From Anaerolineales bacterium (GTDB lineage: Bacteria; Chloroflexota; Anaerolineae; Anaerolineales; UBA4823), in contig JAGVAD010000017.1 in the NCBI GenBank assembly GCA_020060465.1, forward strand, positions 1,983 to 65,982: a DNA stretch of 64,000 bases. The letters are read 5' to 3'. How positions within the stretch are numbered: the stretch's first letter is position 1; every line of letters starts with the position of its first letter. Of the stretch, positions 1-9,250 are shown piece after piece. The notes beneath the pieces were generated by a model. That model saw nothing but the letters and a program-made list of their open reading frames with translations, was not told the DNA's origin and did not search any database. The position numbers and the translations under genes are program-made.

Positions 1-1
1 C

Positions 2-1129
2 AGCGCGCAAGGACAACCCAAGTACGTCATCTGCAACGCAGATGAAAGCGAGCCTGGCACTTTCAAAGATCGCCTGATCCTGGAGGGGGACCCGTTTAGC
101 GTCATTGAAGCGATGACTATCGCCGCCTATGCAGTGGGCGCGCAGGATGGGTTCATTTACATTCGGGGAGAGTATCGCCTGGCATATCGCCGATTAGAAA
201 ACGCTATCCAGCAAGCCACGCAACGCGGCCTTTTGGGCGATCATATCTTTGGAAAAGATTTCAACTTCCACATCCATTTGCACGCCGGTGCTGGAGCGTA
301 TATTTGCGGCGAAGAGACGGCATTGATCGAATCCATCGAAGGGAAACGCGGACAGCCGCGCCCACGCCCACCTTACCCACCCACCTATGGGTTATGGGGC
401 AAGCCGACCCTGGTGAACAACGTCGAAACGTTAGCAAATATCCCCCCCATTATACGCAATGGCGCGGAGTGGTTTCACCAATTTGGCACCCAAAGGAGCC
501 GCGGCACGAAGGTCTATACCATCCTGGGCAATGTGAACTTCACCGGAGTTATCGAGGTGCCGCTGGGCATCACCTTACGCGAGGTGATCGAAATTTACGG
601 CAAGGGTATTAAGCGAGGCGCGCAGCTCAAATTGGTGCAAACCGGCGGTTCAAGCGGCTCTATTGTACCGGCCAGCTTACAAGATACCCCTATGGACTTT
701 GAGTCGTGGCGCAAAGCTGGCGTTTCGCTCGGCTCCGGCGCCTTGTTGATCTGCGATGAGCACACCTGCGTGGTGGATCTGGCAAAGGTCATTCTGCAAT
801 TCTTCCGCTTCGAGAGCTGCGCGAAGTGCGCTCCCTGCCGCGTTGGCACGCAGCGGTTGTATCAGCTCATGTCCGAAATCTCTCAGGGGCGCGGGGCGCC
901 CGAATATTTAGACGAGATTCTTGTTCTGGGCCGGGATATGGAACTGCTATCCAACTGCGGGCTGGGGCAGACGGCATCGGTTGCCGTGCGCGACATTCTG
1001 AAATATTTCCGCGACGAGGTGGAGGAACACATCTACCAGCGCGTCTGCAGGGCAGGCGTCTGTCAGATCCCTGGGTCGCCTCCTGCTGAATTTTCCATGT
1101 CTCAGCAACCTGCGGCTCAAGCAGATTGA
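2..1129 (+). CDS. NADH/FMN-binding [4Fe-4S] subunit, NuoF/HoxF/FdsB-like (5' end lies outside the window)
   Basis: The frame is open from the window edge (KYVICNADESEPGTFKDR). FMN/NADH motif GAGAYICGEETALIESIEGKRG. Cluster motif ESCAKCAPCRVG...SNCGLGQ. Confidence 0.9.
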   Translation, partial: SAQGQPKYVICNADESEPGTFKDRLILEGDPFSVIEAMTIAAYAVGAQDGFIYIRGEYRLAYRRLENAIQQATQRGLLGDHIFGKDFNFHIHLHAGAGAYICGEETALIESIEGKRGQPRPRPPYPPTYGLWGKPTLVNNVETLANIPPIIRNGAEWFHQFGTQRSRGTKVYTILGNVNFTGVIEVPLGITLREVIEIYGKGIKRGAQLKLVQTGGSSGSIVPASLQDTPMDFESWRKAGVSLGSGALLICDEHTCVVDLAKVILQFFRFESCAKCAPCRVGTQRLYQLMSEISQGRGAPEYLDEILVLGRDMELLSNCGLGQTASVAVRDILKYFRDEVEEHIYQRVCRAGVCQIPGSPPAEFSMSQQPAAQAD

Positions 1130-1144
1130 ACAGGAGAGTCTTCT

Positions 1145-3607
1145 ATGATAAGCTTGACGATTAACGGCCAAACTGTTGAAGCGCCCGAAAACTATACTGT
1201 GCTGCAAGCCGCCGAGAAGCTGGGGATCACGATTCCCACGTTATGCTATCACAAAAATTTAAGCCCATTCGGGGGATGCCGTTTGTGTGTGGTGGAAGTG
1301 CAAGGGGCGCGTCTGCCGATGACCTCCTGCGTTTTGCCTGTCAGCCCTGGGTTGGTGGTGCAAACCGAATCACCGGCGGTTATTCAATACCGACGAGCTA
1401 TTCTGCGCATTTTGTTGACCAACTACTACGATGCCGGATATAAACGGACGAATGGAAAATTCGATCTGGATGAAGACAATGAACTCATGCATTGGGCGCG
1501 GGTATACGAAGTTGACAGCCGTAAATTCATGGCAAAGAAACCGCGCTTCCCAATAGACAGCGACCCCAACCCCTTTGTATGGGTGGATATGAATAAATGC
1601 ATCCAATGCACACGCTGCGTGCGGGCTTGCGCTGAGGTGCAAGGACGCTTTGTTTGGTCGCAATCGTATCGCGGCTATAAAGCGCGCATCGTGGCTGGCG
1701 CGGATACTACAATGCTGCAAGCGCGTTGCGAATCCTGTGGGGCGTGCGTGGCTTATTGTCCAACCGGCGCGCTGGATAATAAAATGTCGGTCGGCGCGGG
1801 GCGCGCCGATCGGTTGATACGTACTACCTGCACGTATTGCGGAGTGGGTTGTCAACTGGTGCTGAACGTCAAAGATGATGTCCCCGGTGGACGGGTGATT
1901 CGCGTCACATCCAACACCGACGAATCTGTTGCTTCTGTCAACGGTTTGCACCTATGCGTGAAGGGGCGCTACGGCTATGAGTTCATCCATAGCAGCCAAC
2001 GCGTCACCCGCCCGCGGGTGCGAGAGTATTTACTGGATGGAACACCGCGACCAAAAGAACGCGGCAGGTGGGTAGAGGTGGATTGGGATACCGCTCTGAA
2101 TGCGGCGGCGCAGGGATTGCTGCGCGCCCGGAATCAACACGGCGGTCAGGCAATTGGGGTGCTGGCTTCTGGCAAAAACACCAACGAGGAAAACTACCTG
2201 CTGAACAAACTCGCCCGTCAGGCGCTGGGAACAAACCACATTGATTGCTGTTCGCACATTTACCACGCCCCCCTGACGGAAGGTCTGAATGAAGCGCTCG
2301 GCATTCCCGCTATGTCCAACTCTTTCGATGACATCGCCAGCCGCGCCAACAGCCTGCTGGTGATTGGCTCCAACCTCACCGAACAACACCCTGTATTTGG
2401 CGCTCACATCCGTCAGGCAGTTCTCCGACGTAAAATCAAGATGATCGTAGCCAACCCAGATTTCACCAACATCGCTGAATACGCCGCCCTGCCGTTATAT
2501 CATCGCCCGAACACCGAAACCGCCCTCATTAATGGCTTGATGCACATTATCCTGGAAAGGGGCTGGGAGGATCAAACCTGTATTGCAAAACATCCCAACG
2601 GGTTCGCTGAATTCAGAGCTGTGGTTGCGAAATATACCCCGCAAAAAGTCGCTAAAATTACCGGCTTATCGGTAGAGGATCTCTACCAGGTAGCGGAAAT
2701 CCTGGCAACCAACCGCCCCACAGCAGTTTTATGGAGCGTGGGTCTGGCCGATCCTTCGACCGGGCGCGGCAACGTCCAGAGCCTGGCAAACTTGCAATTG
2801 CTGCTCGGCAACCTGGATGTCCCCGGCGGCGGAGTCAATCCGTTGGGGGGGCAAAACAACATCCAGGGCGCCTGTGATATGGGCTGCCTGCCAGAATTGC
2901 TGCCCGGTTATCGACGCGTGGCGGATGAGGCGGCGCGGGCGCAATTTGAGCGCGCCTGGGGAACAACGATCCCTGCCGAAACCGGATTGCCAGCCGCGCA
3001 AATGCTGAGCGCCGCCGGACAAGGACGGATCAAAGCCCTTTACCTCTACGGCGAGGACATTCTAAACACATCCACGCTAGGCGCGCAGTTGCGCAGAGAT
3101 CTGCAAGCCTGCGAATTCGTCGTGTTGCAAGAGATCCTGCCCTCAGAGGCTACCCGCTATGCGGATGTCCTGCTGCCAGGGGTCGGCTTTGCAGAGAAAA
3201 GCGGAACCTACACCAGCGCTGAACGACGCATTCAGATGATCCATCAGGCGATTGAACCCATCGGGGAAGCGCGCCCGGATTGGAGGATCATCGCCGATGT
3301 GGCGCGCCGCATCCTGACAGGCGAAGGCCGGTCAATCCGGGAAACCGATTATTCCGCCTGGGATTACGAAACTCCAGAGCAAATCTTCCATGAAATCGCG
3401 GCGTTGACGCCCATCTACGCGGGCGTTTCATACGAACGGCTGGAGCGCGGCGAGCGCCTCCAATGGCCGGTGGATACCGCTGAGCACCCAGGCACGCCGC
3501 TCTTGCACTGCGGATATTTCTCGGAAGGTCAGGCGCGCTGGACGCCGGTGGAACAGAAGCCGCTCGACATAGAATCATCAAAACCGCAGGAATTGACGCT
3601 GGTTTGA
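1145..3607 (+). CDS. Formate dehydrogenase alpha / NuoG-like molybdopterin oxidoreductase homolog, degenerate (see findings)
   Basis: N-terminal 2Fe-2S motif (CYHKN..CRLCVV). Two ferredoxin 4Fe-4S motifs (CIQCTRCVRAC, CESCGACVAYCP). MopB 4Fe-4S motif (CTYCGVGC...HLCVKGRYG). HIDCCSHIYHAP aligns to the NNVDCCARV(U/C)HGP active-site stretch. Lies 16 nt after the NuoF-like gene. Confidence 0.8.
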   Translation: MISLTINGQTVEAPENYTVLQAAEKLGITIPTLCYHKNLSPFGGCRLCVVEVQGARLPMTSCVLPVSPGLVVQTESPAVIQYRRAILRILLTNYYDAGYKRTNGKFDLDEDNELMHWARVYEVDSRKFMAKKPRFPIDSDPNPFVWVDMNKCIQCTRCVRACAEVQGRFVWSQSYRGYKARIVAGADTTMLQARCESCGACVAYCPTGALDNKMSVGAGRADRLIRTTCTYCGVGCQLVLNVKDDVPGGRVIRVTSNTDESVASVNGLHLCVKGRYGYEFIHSSQRVTRPRVREYLLDGTPRPKERGRWVEVDWDTALNAAAQGLLRARNQHGGQAIGVLASGKNTNEENYLLNKLARQALGTNHIDCCSHIYHAPLTEGLNEALGIPAMSNSFDDIASRANSLLVIGSNLTEQHPVFGAHIRQAVLRRKIKMIVANPDFTNIAEYAALPLYHRPNTETALINGLMHIILERGWEDQTCIAKHPNGFAEFRAVVAKYTPQKVAKITGLSVEDLYQVAEILATNRPTAVLWSVGLADPSTGRGNVQSLANLQLLLGNLDVPGGGVNPLGGQNNIQGACDMGCLPELLPGYRRVADEAARAQFERAWGTTIPAETGLPAAQMLSAAGQGRIKALYLYGEDILNTSTLGAQLRRDLQACEFVVLQEILPSEATRYADVLLPGVGFAEKSGTYTSAERRIQMIHQAIEPIGEARPDWRIIADVARRILTGEGRSIRETDYSAWDYETPEQIFHEIAALTPIYAGVSYERLERGERLQWPVDTAEHPGTPLLHCGYFSEGQARWTPVEQKPLDIESSKPQELTLV

Positions 3608-3828
3608 AGGAAAACCCATTTACTTATTGATATCCACCGAAATTGGTCTATCTGGTCGGTGAAAAACATCCCGCAGGTTCCCCTTAAAAACAAGCCTGTG
3701 TGAGCAGGTTTCCAGCTCGCCAGACGGTGGAGCGGATTCAGGCACAGGCTCAGGCGGTTCGTCGAATCGAAGCGTATCTCGCGATGATGAGGGTTTCGAG
3801 GCGATTGAATTAAAATCTATACAACCTG

Positions 3829-4761
3829 CTAGGCTGGGTTACGAACTTTATTCCAATAGCGCTGGATGCCATACGCCGACATCCAGGAGGGGTTGGCTGC
3901 TTCGAGTGGATCCAACAAATGCGGGTTAACGCCATACCTCAAGGAGCGCTCGCGCGCCCAGGCAACAAATAATTCTTTCAGCTCTTCCATCGGAGGGTTT
4001 TGTGGCATCACACGCAACATCCAATACTCCACCTCATCCAAAGCCTGTCGCGCAGCTTTCAGATGCCAGTCTGGGTCGTCGTAGATGCCAAAATGCGTGG
4101 GGGCAATGCGTTTAAAATCGCCCAATGTATATGCGGTTTGCAATCGCTGCAAACTCTCGCGCCAGAGTTCCAGGTGAAACTCTGGGGGAGGCATGGGCAT
4201 CCGCAGGTGACGCACGCCGCCGATGCGCACACCGCCAATATCGCCGCTGAAACACACATCTTGAAACAGATAAACGTGATGATGATACGCATGTCCCGGC
4301 GTATCCAGGGCGGTGAAACGCAATCCTTCGATTTCGATCACCTGGTTGTCTTCGACCACCGATAACCGCTCCGCGGGAACAGGAAGAAATTCGCCCCACA
4401 ACTCGGTCATTTGATCACCATAGATACGTTCGGCGCTGGCGAGGAGTTTTTCGGGGTTGAGCAAATGTGGCGCGCCGAACGGATGGACATGAACGCGCGC
4501 GCCACGACGCGCCAGCCAGCCTGCTGCGCCCGCATGGTCAAGATGGATATGGGTGAGTAAGACGTCTGTGACATCGCTCACATCCAAACCATAAGACTGC
4601 AAGCCAGCTTGAAGCGCTGGCAAGGTTGACGCAGGGCCGCATTCGATCAAAACTGCGCCATGCGCATGAGGGATCAAGTAGGCGGCGATTGCGCCTGCCT
4701 GGCCGCGGAAGTTCAAATCCAGCGTTTGGATGGTTATTTTTGTTGCCGGTTTCGTTGCCAT
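3829..4761 (-). CDS. MBL-fold metallo-hydrolase
   Basis: HxHxDH motif (THIHLDHAG). Start moved to the ATG of MATKPATK, which has GGAGG 8 nt upstream. The longer ORF-track start has no RBS. Confidence 0.8.
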   Translation of the reverse strand: MATKPATKITIQTLDLNFRGQAGAIAAYLIPHAHGAVLIECGPASTLPALQAGLQSYGLDVSDVTDVLLTHIHLDHAGAAGWLARRGARVHVHPFGAPHLLNPEKLLASAERIYGDQMTELWGEFLPVPAERLSVVEDNQVIEIEGLRFTALDTPGHAYHHHVYLFQDVCFSGDIGGVRIGGVRHLRMPMPPPEFHLELWRESLQRLQTAYTLGDFKRIAPTHFGIYDDPDWHLKAARQALDEVEYWMLRVMPQNPPMEELKELFVAWARERSLRYGVNPHLLDPLEAANPSWMSAYGIQRYWNKVRNPA

Positions 4762-5006
4762 AGCTGTATACCTCCATCCTTTTATTCTACCCAATTCAGC
4801 TTACATTTTTGTTAGAGATCACAGAGATTATCTGAATTGCAAAGAAGAAAGGTTCAGGAGACAACGTTCATGTGATAGAATCTTTACGCATTCAATCATT
4901 GACGTTCTAATGAACCCGGAGAACTGTCTACTCGTCATGAGTAGAAGTTTGTTTATATCGCCAAAACAACAGCACTTATTCCGGGGACATCCTTCCTGAG
5001 CTAAAC

Positions 5007-5957
5007 ATGCCGGACCTCACCGTACTGATCGTTGAAGATCACGACATCCTGCGTGAAGGACTGCAAATCTTATTAGAATCTGAGGGCTATCGCGTCATTC
5101 CTGCGGCGCATGGCGGTGAAGCCCTCAAGCAAATGGAGTACCTTACTCCAGATCTCATTCTCTCCGATATTTCCATGCCGGAAATGGACGGCTATGCCTT
5201 TTATGACGCCGTCCGATCGCGACCAGAGTGGGTGGCTATCCCCTTCATTTTCCTGACTGCCCTGGGCGACCGCGACTCGGTCTTTGCCAGTAAACGGCTG
5301 GGAGTGGAAGATTATCTGGTCAAGCCGGTGGATCGTCAGGAATTGGTGACGACGATCCGCTCGCGGCTGGAGCGCAGTCAACAGTTAATGCTGGCGCAAT
5401 TGCAGCAAGCGTATGAGTCCAGCCTGATCATGCTGGCAAACGCCATTGAACTGCGCGATAAATATACCCGCGGCCACGTTGAAAGGGTGATGCGATATGC
5501 GCTGCTGGTGGCGGAACGCCTGGGCTGGACAGATGCCCAACTCCGCTCGCTGCGCTTTGGAGCAATTCTGCACGACATTGGAAAAATTTATATTCGCGAA
5601 AGCATCCTCAGCAAACCTGGGCTGCTGACAGATGAAGAATGGGCGGAGATGAAACAACACACAGTCATCGGAGCGGATTTGATCCGCAATATCCCATTCC
5701 TGAGCGGCGCCATCCCCATCATCCGTCATCATCACGAGCGCTGGGATGGCAAAGGTTATCCAGACGGCCTGGCAGGCGAAGATATTCCCCTGGGAGCGCG
5801 TATTGTGGCGGTGGTGGATTGCTTCGACGCTATGACCACCGACCGCGTCTATCACGAGAGCAGCACAGCGCAGGAAGCAATCCAGGAAATCATTGATGGG
5901 CGCGGCACACGATATGACCCAGCCGTTGTGGATGCATTTCTATCTATCTACTCCTGA
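5007..5957 (+). CDS. Two-component response regulator with HD-GYP domain (RpfG-type c-di-GMP phosphodiesterase)
   Basis: REC signature (VEDHD...LILSDISMPEMDG...LVKP). HD-GYP signature (ILHDIGK...HHHERWDGKGYPDGL). Confidence 0.88.
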   Translation: MPDLTVLIVEDHDILREGLQILLESEGYRVIPAAHGGEALKQMEYLTPDLILSDISMPEMDGYAFYDAVRSRPEWVAIPFIFLTALGDRDSVFASKRLGVEDYLVKPVDRQELVTTIRSRLERSQQLMLAQLQQAYESSLIMLANAIELRDKYTRGHVERVMRYALLVAERLGWTDAQLRSLRFGAILHDIGKIYIRESILSKPGLLTDEEWAEMKQHTVIGADLIRNIPFLSGAIPIIRHHHERWDGKGYPDGLAGEDIPLGARIVAVVDCFDAMTTDRVYHESSTAQEAIQEIIDGRGTRYDPAVVDAFLSIYS

Positions 5958-5960
5958 GAA

Positions 5961-6926
5961 TCAATCTTTCCACTGAGTGGCCTCATCCAGCGTCTGCTTC
6001 TCTTCGGGGGTCAAACGCAATCCAATCGCGCCCAGATTATCCTGAAGCTGCTCGACAGTGCGCGGCCCAATGATCGGGCTGGTAACAAGTGGATTGCTGA
6101 GCAGCCAGGCCAGAGCCATTTGGGAAATTGTGTAATTGCCTTTTGTTTTCCCCATCTCTTCCATCTGTTCTAACAAGGCAAAGTTGCGCTCAGAATAATA
6201 GCGTTGCACGTTGCGCTGCCGCACGCTATCTGGCGTTTCTCCACGGCGATATTTGCCCGTCAGGAATCCGCCCGCCAATGGGCTATATGGAATGACGCCC
6301 AGCCCATAAGCGCGGCAGACATCCGCCAGCTCGCGCTCGAATTCGGCGCGGCGCAATAGATGATAGTGCGGCTGAAGCGAATCAAAACGCTGCAAACCCA
6401 AATGCCTGGAAGTCCAGAGCGCTTCGGTCAGCCTCCAGGCGGGGTAATTCGAGCAGCCCAGATAACGCACCTTACCCTGGCGCGCCAGGTCATCCAGGGC
6501 GGTCAGGGTTTCTTCGATGGGGGTATTTGCATCGTACCAGTGAGTTTGGTACAGATCAATGTAATCGGTTTGCAGGCGACGCAACGAGTTTTCGACCGCA
6601 GTGAAGATATGGGCGCGCGACAGGCCTTCATCGTTGGGGCCGGGCCCCATCCGCCCGCGTACTTTTGTGGCAATCACCACCTGATCGCGCGGGATGTGGC
6701 TGCGTTTCATCCAGCGCCCTATGATGGTCTCGGCGACGCCTCCGGGGTTGCCCTCCACCCAATTCGAGTAGATGTCCGCGGTATCAATGAAATTGACGCC
6801 AGCGGCAAACGCCTCGTCCAGGATGCGATATGACAACGCCTCATCCGCCGACCAGCCGAATTGCATACTTCCCAGGCAAAGCTCGGAAACTTTCAAACCT
6901 GTGCGACCCAGATTGCGATATTCCAT
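5961..6926 (-). CDS. Aldo/keto reductase (Tas/YajO-like)
   Basis: [21 protein letters not shown]...FIDTADIYS...LGCSNY: typical AKR motifs over the full length. Confidence 0.88.
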   Translation of the reverse strand: MEYRNLGRTGLKVSELCLGSMQFGWSADEALSYRILDEAFAAGVNFIDTADIYSNWVEGNPGGVAETIIGRWMKRSHIPRDQVVIATKVRGRMGPGPNDEGLSRAHIFTAVENSLRRLQTDYIDLYQTHWYDANTPIEETLTALDDLARQGKVRYLGCSNYPAWRLTEALWTSRHLGLQRFDSLQPHYHLLRRAEFERELADVCRAYGLGVIPYSPLAGGFLTGKYRRGETPDSVRQRNVQRYYSERNFALLEQMEEMGKTKGNYTISQMALAWLLSNPLVTSPIIGPRTVEQLQDNLGAIGLRLTPEEKQTLDEATQWKD

Positions 6927-6935
6927 AGAAGACTG

Positions 6936-7952
6936 CTACGCCTCCGGATAACCTTCAGGATTATTCAACTGCCAGCGCCACACGTCGGCGCACATCTGTT
7001 CCAGATCGCGCTCGCCGCGCCAACCAAGCTCTCGATTGGCTTTGGCAGCGTCAGCAAAGCTGATAGCAATGTCGCCCGGACGCCGTTCGACAAAACGATA
7101 AGGAATTTTACGCCCACTGACCCGTTCGAACGCCGCCACCAATTCCAGCACGCTGTAGCCGCGATGATTTCCCAGATTATAAATCTCAAAGCCCGGCCGA
7201 GTGGACAGCTTTTCCAGCGCTTTCAGATGCCCCTGCGCCAAATCCAGGACGTGGATGTAATCGCGCACGCCGGTGCCATCCGGGGTGGGATAATCATTGC
7301 CAAATATCTTCAACTCCGGCAATCGCCCAATGGCTGTTTGACTGATGACCGGCATCACGTTGTTGGGAATACCCAACGGATTCTCGCCAATGCGGCCGCT
7401 GGGATGCGCACCGACCGGATTGAAATAGCGCAAGACGATGATATTCCATTGCGGGTCGGCGGCGTGCACGTCCTGGAGGATCATTTCGCACATCCATTTG
7501 GTGCGAGCGTAGGGATTGGGAGGTTTACAGGGAGCGTCTTCTGACACCGGAACGCGCTCTGCATCGCCATAGACGGCGGCGGATGAGCTATACACCAGGT
7601 CTTTAACGCCGAATTGCGCCATCCGTTCAAGCAAAATCAACGTCCCGGTGAGGTTGTTATGATAGTAAGCCAATGGCCTGGCGACCGACTCCGCCGGCGC
7701 TTTCAACGCGGCAAAATGGATGACTGCGTCAAACCGCTGCCGTCGAAAGACCTGCTCCAGCGCCGAATGATCGAGCAAATCTACCTGCTCAAAGATCAAC
7801 GATTTACCGGCTAGCTCCTGCACCCGCCGCAGTGATTCGACATTGCTGTTGACCAGATTATCTACTACGGTGATTTCGTAACCCGCTTGCAGCAGTTCGA
7901 GGCAGGTGTGGCTGCCAATATACCCGGCGCCGCCGGTGACCAGAACATTCAT
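6936..7952 (-). CDS. galE: UDP-glucose 4-epimerase
   Basis: MNVLVTGGAGYIGSH Rossmann start, YSSSAAVYG, and YxxxK (YARTKWM). The upstream 61 codons of the ORF-track ORF run through repeat elements and are taken as non-coding. Confidence 0.9.
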   Translation of the reverse strand: MNVLVTGGAGYIGSHTCLELLQAGYEITVVDNLVNSNVESLRRVQELAGKSLIFEQVDLLDHSALEQVFRRQRFDAVIHFAALKAPAESVARPLAYYHNNLTGTLILLERMAQFGVKDLVYSSSAAVYGDAERVPVSEDAPCKPPNPYARTKWMCEMILQDVHAADPQWNIIVLRYFNPVGAHPSGRIGENPLGIPNNVMPVISQTAIGRLPELKIFGNDYPTPDGTGVRDYIHVLDLAQGHLKALEKLSTRPGFEIYNLGNHRGYSVLELVAAFERVSGRKIPYRFVERRPGDIAISFADAAKANRELGWRGERDLEQMCADVWRWQLNNPEGYPEA

Positions 7953-8004
7953 GTTGCTTTTCCTTTTGTATTCGTTATGTTGGGTAGCTTTACACGATAA
8001 GAAA

Positions 8005-8049
8005 GCCTTCGGACATCCCTCCACCTCTGACCTCGCCCCCCAAGGGACG
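8005..8049. repeat. GC-rich hairpin repeat, copy A
   Basis: atccctCCACCtCTGaCCTCGCCCcccAAGGGACGaaGGGATGgg. CATCCCT...AGGGATG form inverted arms. About 75 percent identical to copy B, which lies about 50 bp downstream. Confidence 0.55.
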
Positions 8050-8097
8050 AAGGGATGGGTAAGAAAGATGATTTCCGAACATTTTCTATAACAGATA

Positions 8098-8140
8098 ACA
8101 TGGTCATTCACTCCACCCTCGGCCTCGCCCTTCAAAGGAC
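8098..8140. repeat. GC-rich hairpin repeat, copy B
   Basis: tcaCTCCACCCTCGGCCTCGCCCTTCAAAGGACGGGGATGTGG. Same orientation and same core as copy A and as the copy at 32421. Confidence 0.55.
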
Positions 8141-8196
8141 GGGGATGTGGACGAATTCGGGCAACTGCGGTTCACTGTGGTGCTACTGTGACATTG

Positions 8197-9225
8197 TCAA
8201 GCTTCAAATAAAGCAGCGATGGCATCTCGTTCAGGCAGAGGAACGAGCTCTCGCTTTTGCTGCGCGCCGCTCCACACGGCTGGTTCGCCGGGTTCGTCCA
8301 GCACCACGCCGATCTCGGCGCAATCTATGCCCGAAGCAAGCATCGCATTGCTAATCGCCTGGGCGTCGGAAGGCGCAACCGAAAGCAGCAACGCGCCAGA
8401 GGCAATGGCCGCCAGCGGGTCCACCCCCAGCGCCTGGCAGATGCGCCGCGAAAGCTGCGGCACTGGCACGGATTGTAAATCCACCCAGAGCGAATGCTGG
8501 CAGGCTTGCGCCAGCTCCCAGAGTGCAGTGAGCAACCCGCCCTCTGTGGGGTCGTGCATGGCATGAACATCCCCAGCCCGAATCGCTATTTGCGCGTCTC
8601 GCAAGACGCTGATGCCCGGCTCGTAAAGGAAACGGCGGGCAGTCTCCAGTTCATGCTCGTCTACAGCGCCGCTAGCCAGCAGGCGTTCGCCAAATTCGCG
8701 CGCCAGGATGGCGGTGGCTTCGATGGGCGCGCCTTTGGTGAGCAACAATCGGTCGCCGGGCAGCGCACCCCTGGGGGTAACCAGCCGCTCCCGCGTCACT
8801 TCCCCAATCATCGCGCCTACCAGGATTGGCCGGTCGAGACCAGAGGTAATCTCCGTATGCCCCCCGACAAGCGCCACACCAACAGACTGACAGGCGCGTT
8901 TCAGGTCGTCTGCGATACGCTCCACCAATTCGGCAGAGGCTTTGCTCTCCGGCAGGAGTAAAGTCGCCAACATCCAGCGCGGCGACGCGCCGGTGGTGGC
9001 GATGTCATTGGCGTTGATCTGAACCGCATACCAGCCGATGGCGTCCACCGCAAAGGTAATCGGGTCAGATTTCAACACCAGTAAAGCATCGCTGCCTTCC
9101 ACCACCGCGCAATCCAGCCCTATTCCTGGGCCAAGCACCAGGCGCGGTGTGGGGGTCGAAATTTGCCCCAACAGCTTTTTCAACAGCGTTGGAGGCAGCT
9201 TGCCAACCGGCAACGATCTGTCCAC
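8197..9225 (-). CDS. AIR synthase-related protein (PurM/ThiL/HypE superfamily)
   Basis: PurM-like N-terminal domain (GLDCAVV...DPITF...ANDIATTGA) and C-terminal domain (GGHTE..., HDPTEGGL). Confidence 0.75.
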   Translation of the reverse strand: MDRSLPVGKLPPTLLKKLLGQISTPTPRLVLGPGIGLDCAVVEGSDALLVLKSDPITFAVDAIGWYAVQINANDIATTGASPRWMLATLLLPESKASAELVERIADDLKRACQSVGVALVGGHTEITSGLDRPILVGAMIGEVTRERLVTPRGALPGDRLLLTKGAPIEATAILAREFGERLLASGAVDEHELETARRFLYEPGISVLRDAQIAIRAGDVHAMHDPTEGGLLTALWELAQACQHSLWVDLQSVPVPQLSRRICQALGVDPLAAIASGALLLSVAPSDAQAISNAMLASGIDCAEIGVVLDEPGEPAVWSGAQQKRELVPLPERDAIAALFEA

Positions 9226-9250
9226 TGCGAGAAGCGTTGGTTTGAAAGAG

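Noticed and set aside
1145-3607. Possible selenocysteine (in-frame TGA plus SECIS) in the FdhA-like gene.
   Set aside because: The ORF is uninterrupted. The position that aligns with Sec/Cys is a TAC Tyr codon, so there is no recoding signal to explain.
3608-3828. Possible frameshifted remnant of the missing FdhA C-terminal cap domain in the downstream gap.
   Set aside because: I read all three forward frames by eye and found no LTTGR, HTGTMTRR or similar cap-domain motif. The gap is also too short for a domain of about 110 aa. A sensitive tblastn search is still needed to exclude this fully.
7953-8135. A 61-codon N-terminal extension of galE in the ORF track. The analogous 124-codon extension of the ADH gene lies at 32297-32668.
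   Set aside because: The conserved Rossmann N-termini, with an RBS seen for the ADH gene, begin at the internal ATG codons. The extensions run through intergenic hairpin repeats.
8005-8140. Whether the tandem repeats form a CRISPR array.
   Set aside because: There are only two imperfect copies, about 75 percent identical, with a short spacer and no cas genes. A third copy occurs singly at 32421. This fits a REP-like element and not a CRISPR array.
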